Under the pieces are notes generated by a model. That model was not told where the DNA came from, ran no database searches, and worked only from the letters and a program-made list of their open reading frames with translations. Below, one piece after another: positions 43,273 to 48,415 of a stretch of 48,415 nucleotides of DNA; positions within the stretch are counted from its first letter, which is position 1, and every line of letters begins with the position of its first letter. The translations under genes and the position numbers were made by a program. The stretch comes from Acidobacteriota bacterium. GTDB taxonomy: Bacteria; Acidobacteriota; Terriglobia; Bryobacterales; Bryobacteraceae. The DNA is taken from contig JAKAJI010000001.1 of assembly GCA_021813825.1 (NCBI GenBank), positions 1 to 48,415 of the forward strand, given 5' to 3'.

Positions 43273-44405
43273 TTGAACACAGCGATCCTCGCCCTCGAAG
43301 ACGGCGCTTTCTTCGAGGGAGTGGCATTTGGTGCGCCCAAAGATAGCGCCGGCGAAGTTGTTTTCAATACCGCGATCACGGGTTACCAGGAGATTTTCAC
43401 CGATCCGTCGTATTCCGGCCAGATCGTCGTCCTCACCAACCCCCAGATCGGTAACTACGGCGCCAACGATTATGACCAGGAATCCGGCCGGCCTTACATC
43501 GAAGGGCTGATCGTCCGGGACCTGTCTCCGGTGGCCAGTAACTGGCGGTCGATCGAGACCGCGGACCAGTATCTGGCCGAGCGCGGCGTGGCCGTTGCGA
43601 GTGGCATCGACACACGGGCCCTGGTCCGGCACCTCCGCACGCGCGGCGTGATGCGCGGTGTGCTTTCGGTTACCGGCGGCCGTGTCGAGGACCTCGTAGC
43701 GCGCGCGAAATCCATCCCGTCGATGGCGGGGCTCGATCTTGCCTCGCACGTCGGCACCACGACGCAGTATCACTGGGACGAACCGGTATCGCCGGTCTCT
43801 GCCTCCGACCATGAACCCGCACCGGCGCCCCTGCGATTTCACGTCGTCGCCTACGACTTCGGCCTGAAGCGAAACATCCTGCGGCGCCTCGTCCACGCCG
43901 GCGCGCGGGTGACCGTAGTGCCCGCGCTCACCACCGCCGAGGACGTGCTGGCGCTGCGCCCCGACGGCGTGTTTCTCTCGAACGGGCCCGGCGATCCGGA
44001 GCCGCTCGAATTCCAGGCCACCCAAGTCCGCAAGTTACTCGGCCGCACGCCGATCTTCGGCATCTGCCTGGGCCATCAGATCCTCGGGCTTGCCCTTGGC
44101 GCACGCACCTACAAGCTGAAATTCGGCCACCACGGCGCGAATCATCCGGTGATCAACCGCATCACAAACAAGGTGGAAATCACCAGCCACAACCACGGCT
44201 TCGCGGTGGACCCGGAAACGCTTGACCTGAACCGCGTTGAGATTACGCACGTGAACCTGAACGACCAGACGCTTGAAGGCTTCCGCCATCGCGACGTGCC
44301 GGCGTTCTGCGTGCAGTACCACCCCGAGGCCGCGCCCGGGCCGCACGATTCGCACTACCTGTTCCACGATTTCATTCAACTCATGGAGACCAGCCGCCAG
44401 CACTG

Positions 44406-44406
<1 letters not shown>
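43273..44406 (+). CDS. carA: Carbamoyl-phosphate synthase small (glutaminase) subunit
   Basis: [15 protein letters not shown]...[21 protein letters not shown], and the catalytic GICLGHQ with HGANHPV. TTG start. Confidence 0.95.
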
Positions 44407-47642
<3,236 letters not shown>

Positions 47643-48413
47643 TTACTTCCTCACCAAGCGGATCTCGAACAGCTTCGGCCAGAGTTTACCGGTGACGAAA
47701 AGCCGGTCGTGCTGGGCGTCGTAGGCGATTCCGTTCAGCACATCTACCTGTTCTCCGCCGATGTCCCCGAGAATCCCCGACAGATCGATCCAACCAGTGA
47801 CATGCCCGTTGGCGGGAGAGATTCTCGCGATGCGGTTCGTCTGCCAGACGTTCGAGTAAATCTCGCCCTTCACCCATTCGAGTTCGTTGAGTTGCGTGAC
47901 CGGCTCGCCCTGATCCGTGACGGAGATGCTGCCGGTTTGGGCGAACGTCACGGGGTCCATCTTCTTCAGCACCGCCGTGCCGTCGCTCAGGATGAACTCC
48001 CTGCCGTCGGTGGTGAGTCCCCAACCCTCGCCGGCGTAGTGGAACGTCGACTGCATCTGGAGACCGGCGATCTGGTAAACGAAGGCCGTGCCGGAGGTCC
48101 AGGTCAATTCCACCATGCGTCCCTGCCAGGGCGCGATGCCTTCGCCGAAGAAGGCATCTGGAACGTCGTTGCGCTCAATCACCTTGCCGGTTTCGAGATC
48201 CACCTTCCGCACCGACGAGCGCCCCTTCAGCCCGGTGCCTTCATAGAGAAACCCATCCTGATAGAACAGACCTTGCGTGAAGGCCTGCGGGTCGTGCGGA
48301 TATACATGCACCACCTGATAGCCGTAGACCGGCGTGTCTCCCCCGCGGGAAGAACCGCAGGCGCCGAGTAGCAGAGCGGCGAGCGCGAAAACCAATGAGC
48401 CCGCGCGCTTCAT
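47643..48413 (-). CDS. Glutaminyl-peptide cyclotransferase (plant/bacterial beta-propeller type), secreted or lipoprotein
   Basis: Signal/lipobox-like MKRAGSLVFALAALLLGAC. YGYQVVHVYPHDPQAFTQGLFY...LYEGTGLKGRSSVRKVDLETGKV is typical of this family. The stop abuts the carB stop with no spacer. Confidence 0.85.
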   Translation of the reverse strand: MKRAGSLVFALAALLLGACGSSRGGDTPVYGYQVVHVYPHDPQAFTQGLFYQDGFLYEGTGLKGRSSVRKVDLETGKVIERNDVPDAFFGEGIAPWQGRMVELTWTSGTAFVYQIAGLQMQSTFHYAGEGWGLTTDGREFILSDGTAVLKKMDPVTFAQTGSISVTDQGEPVTQLNELEWVKGEIYSNVWQTNRIARISPANGHVTGWIDLSGILGDIGGEQVDVLNGIAYDAQHDRLFVTGKLWPKLFEIRLVRK

Positions 48414-48415
48414 CG

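Overview
This is a GC-rich, tightly packed bacterial chromosomal segment with strong G/C third-position bias. That bias also produces many long spurious antisense ORFs in the six-frame track. The gene content suggests an Acidobacteriota genome of the Solibacter/Bryobacter type: a carboxypeptidase-regulatory-domain TonB-dependent receptor, a CRTAC1 (FG-GAP/UnbV-ASPIC) protein, a TIGR03118-like protein and multiheme cytochrome-TPR fusions. This taxonomic call is inference only. I support about 38 protein-coding genes. I recognised no rRNA, tRNA, CRISPR array, transposase, integrase or phage genes. Housekeeping genes include thiD, mtaB, ndh, dnaB, mdh, carA and carB. Accessory content includes an orphan fliM with a sigma-28-like promoter, a SET/post-SET methyltransferase, and a uronate isomerase / hexuronate transporter / M20 amidohydrolase operon followed on the opposite strand by a GH29 fucosidase gene. 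It also includes a YbhG-like HlyD/ABC exporter and a sensor kinase / response regulator / YeiH / Bcp operon. The best candidate for an undescribed system is the 24.3-37.7 kb block, in which every product is exported or membrane-anchored. One side is a translationally coupled pentaheme cytochrome-TPR fusion, a Tat-exported CRTAC1 protein and a small secreted protein. This converges on a giant TonB-dependent receptor / TPR / TIGR03118-like / TPR operon. That operon is divergently paired with a ToxR/CadC-like membrane-anchored winged-helix regulator carrying two extracytoplasmic malectin domains. All functional calls rest on motif and family recognition by eye; no database search was run.
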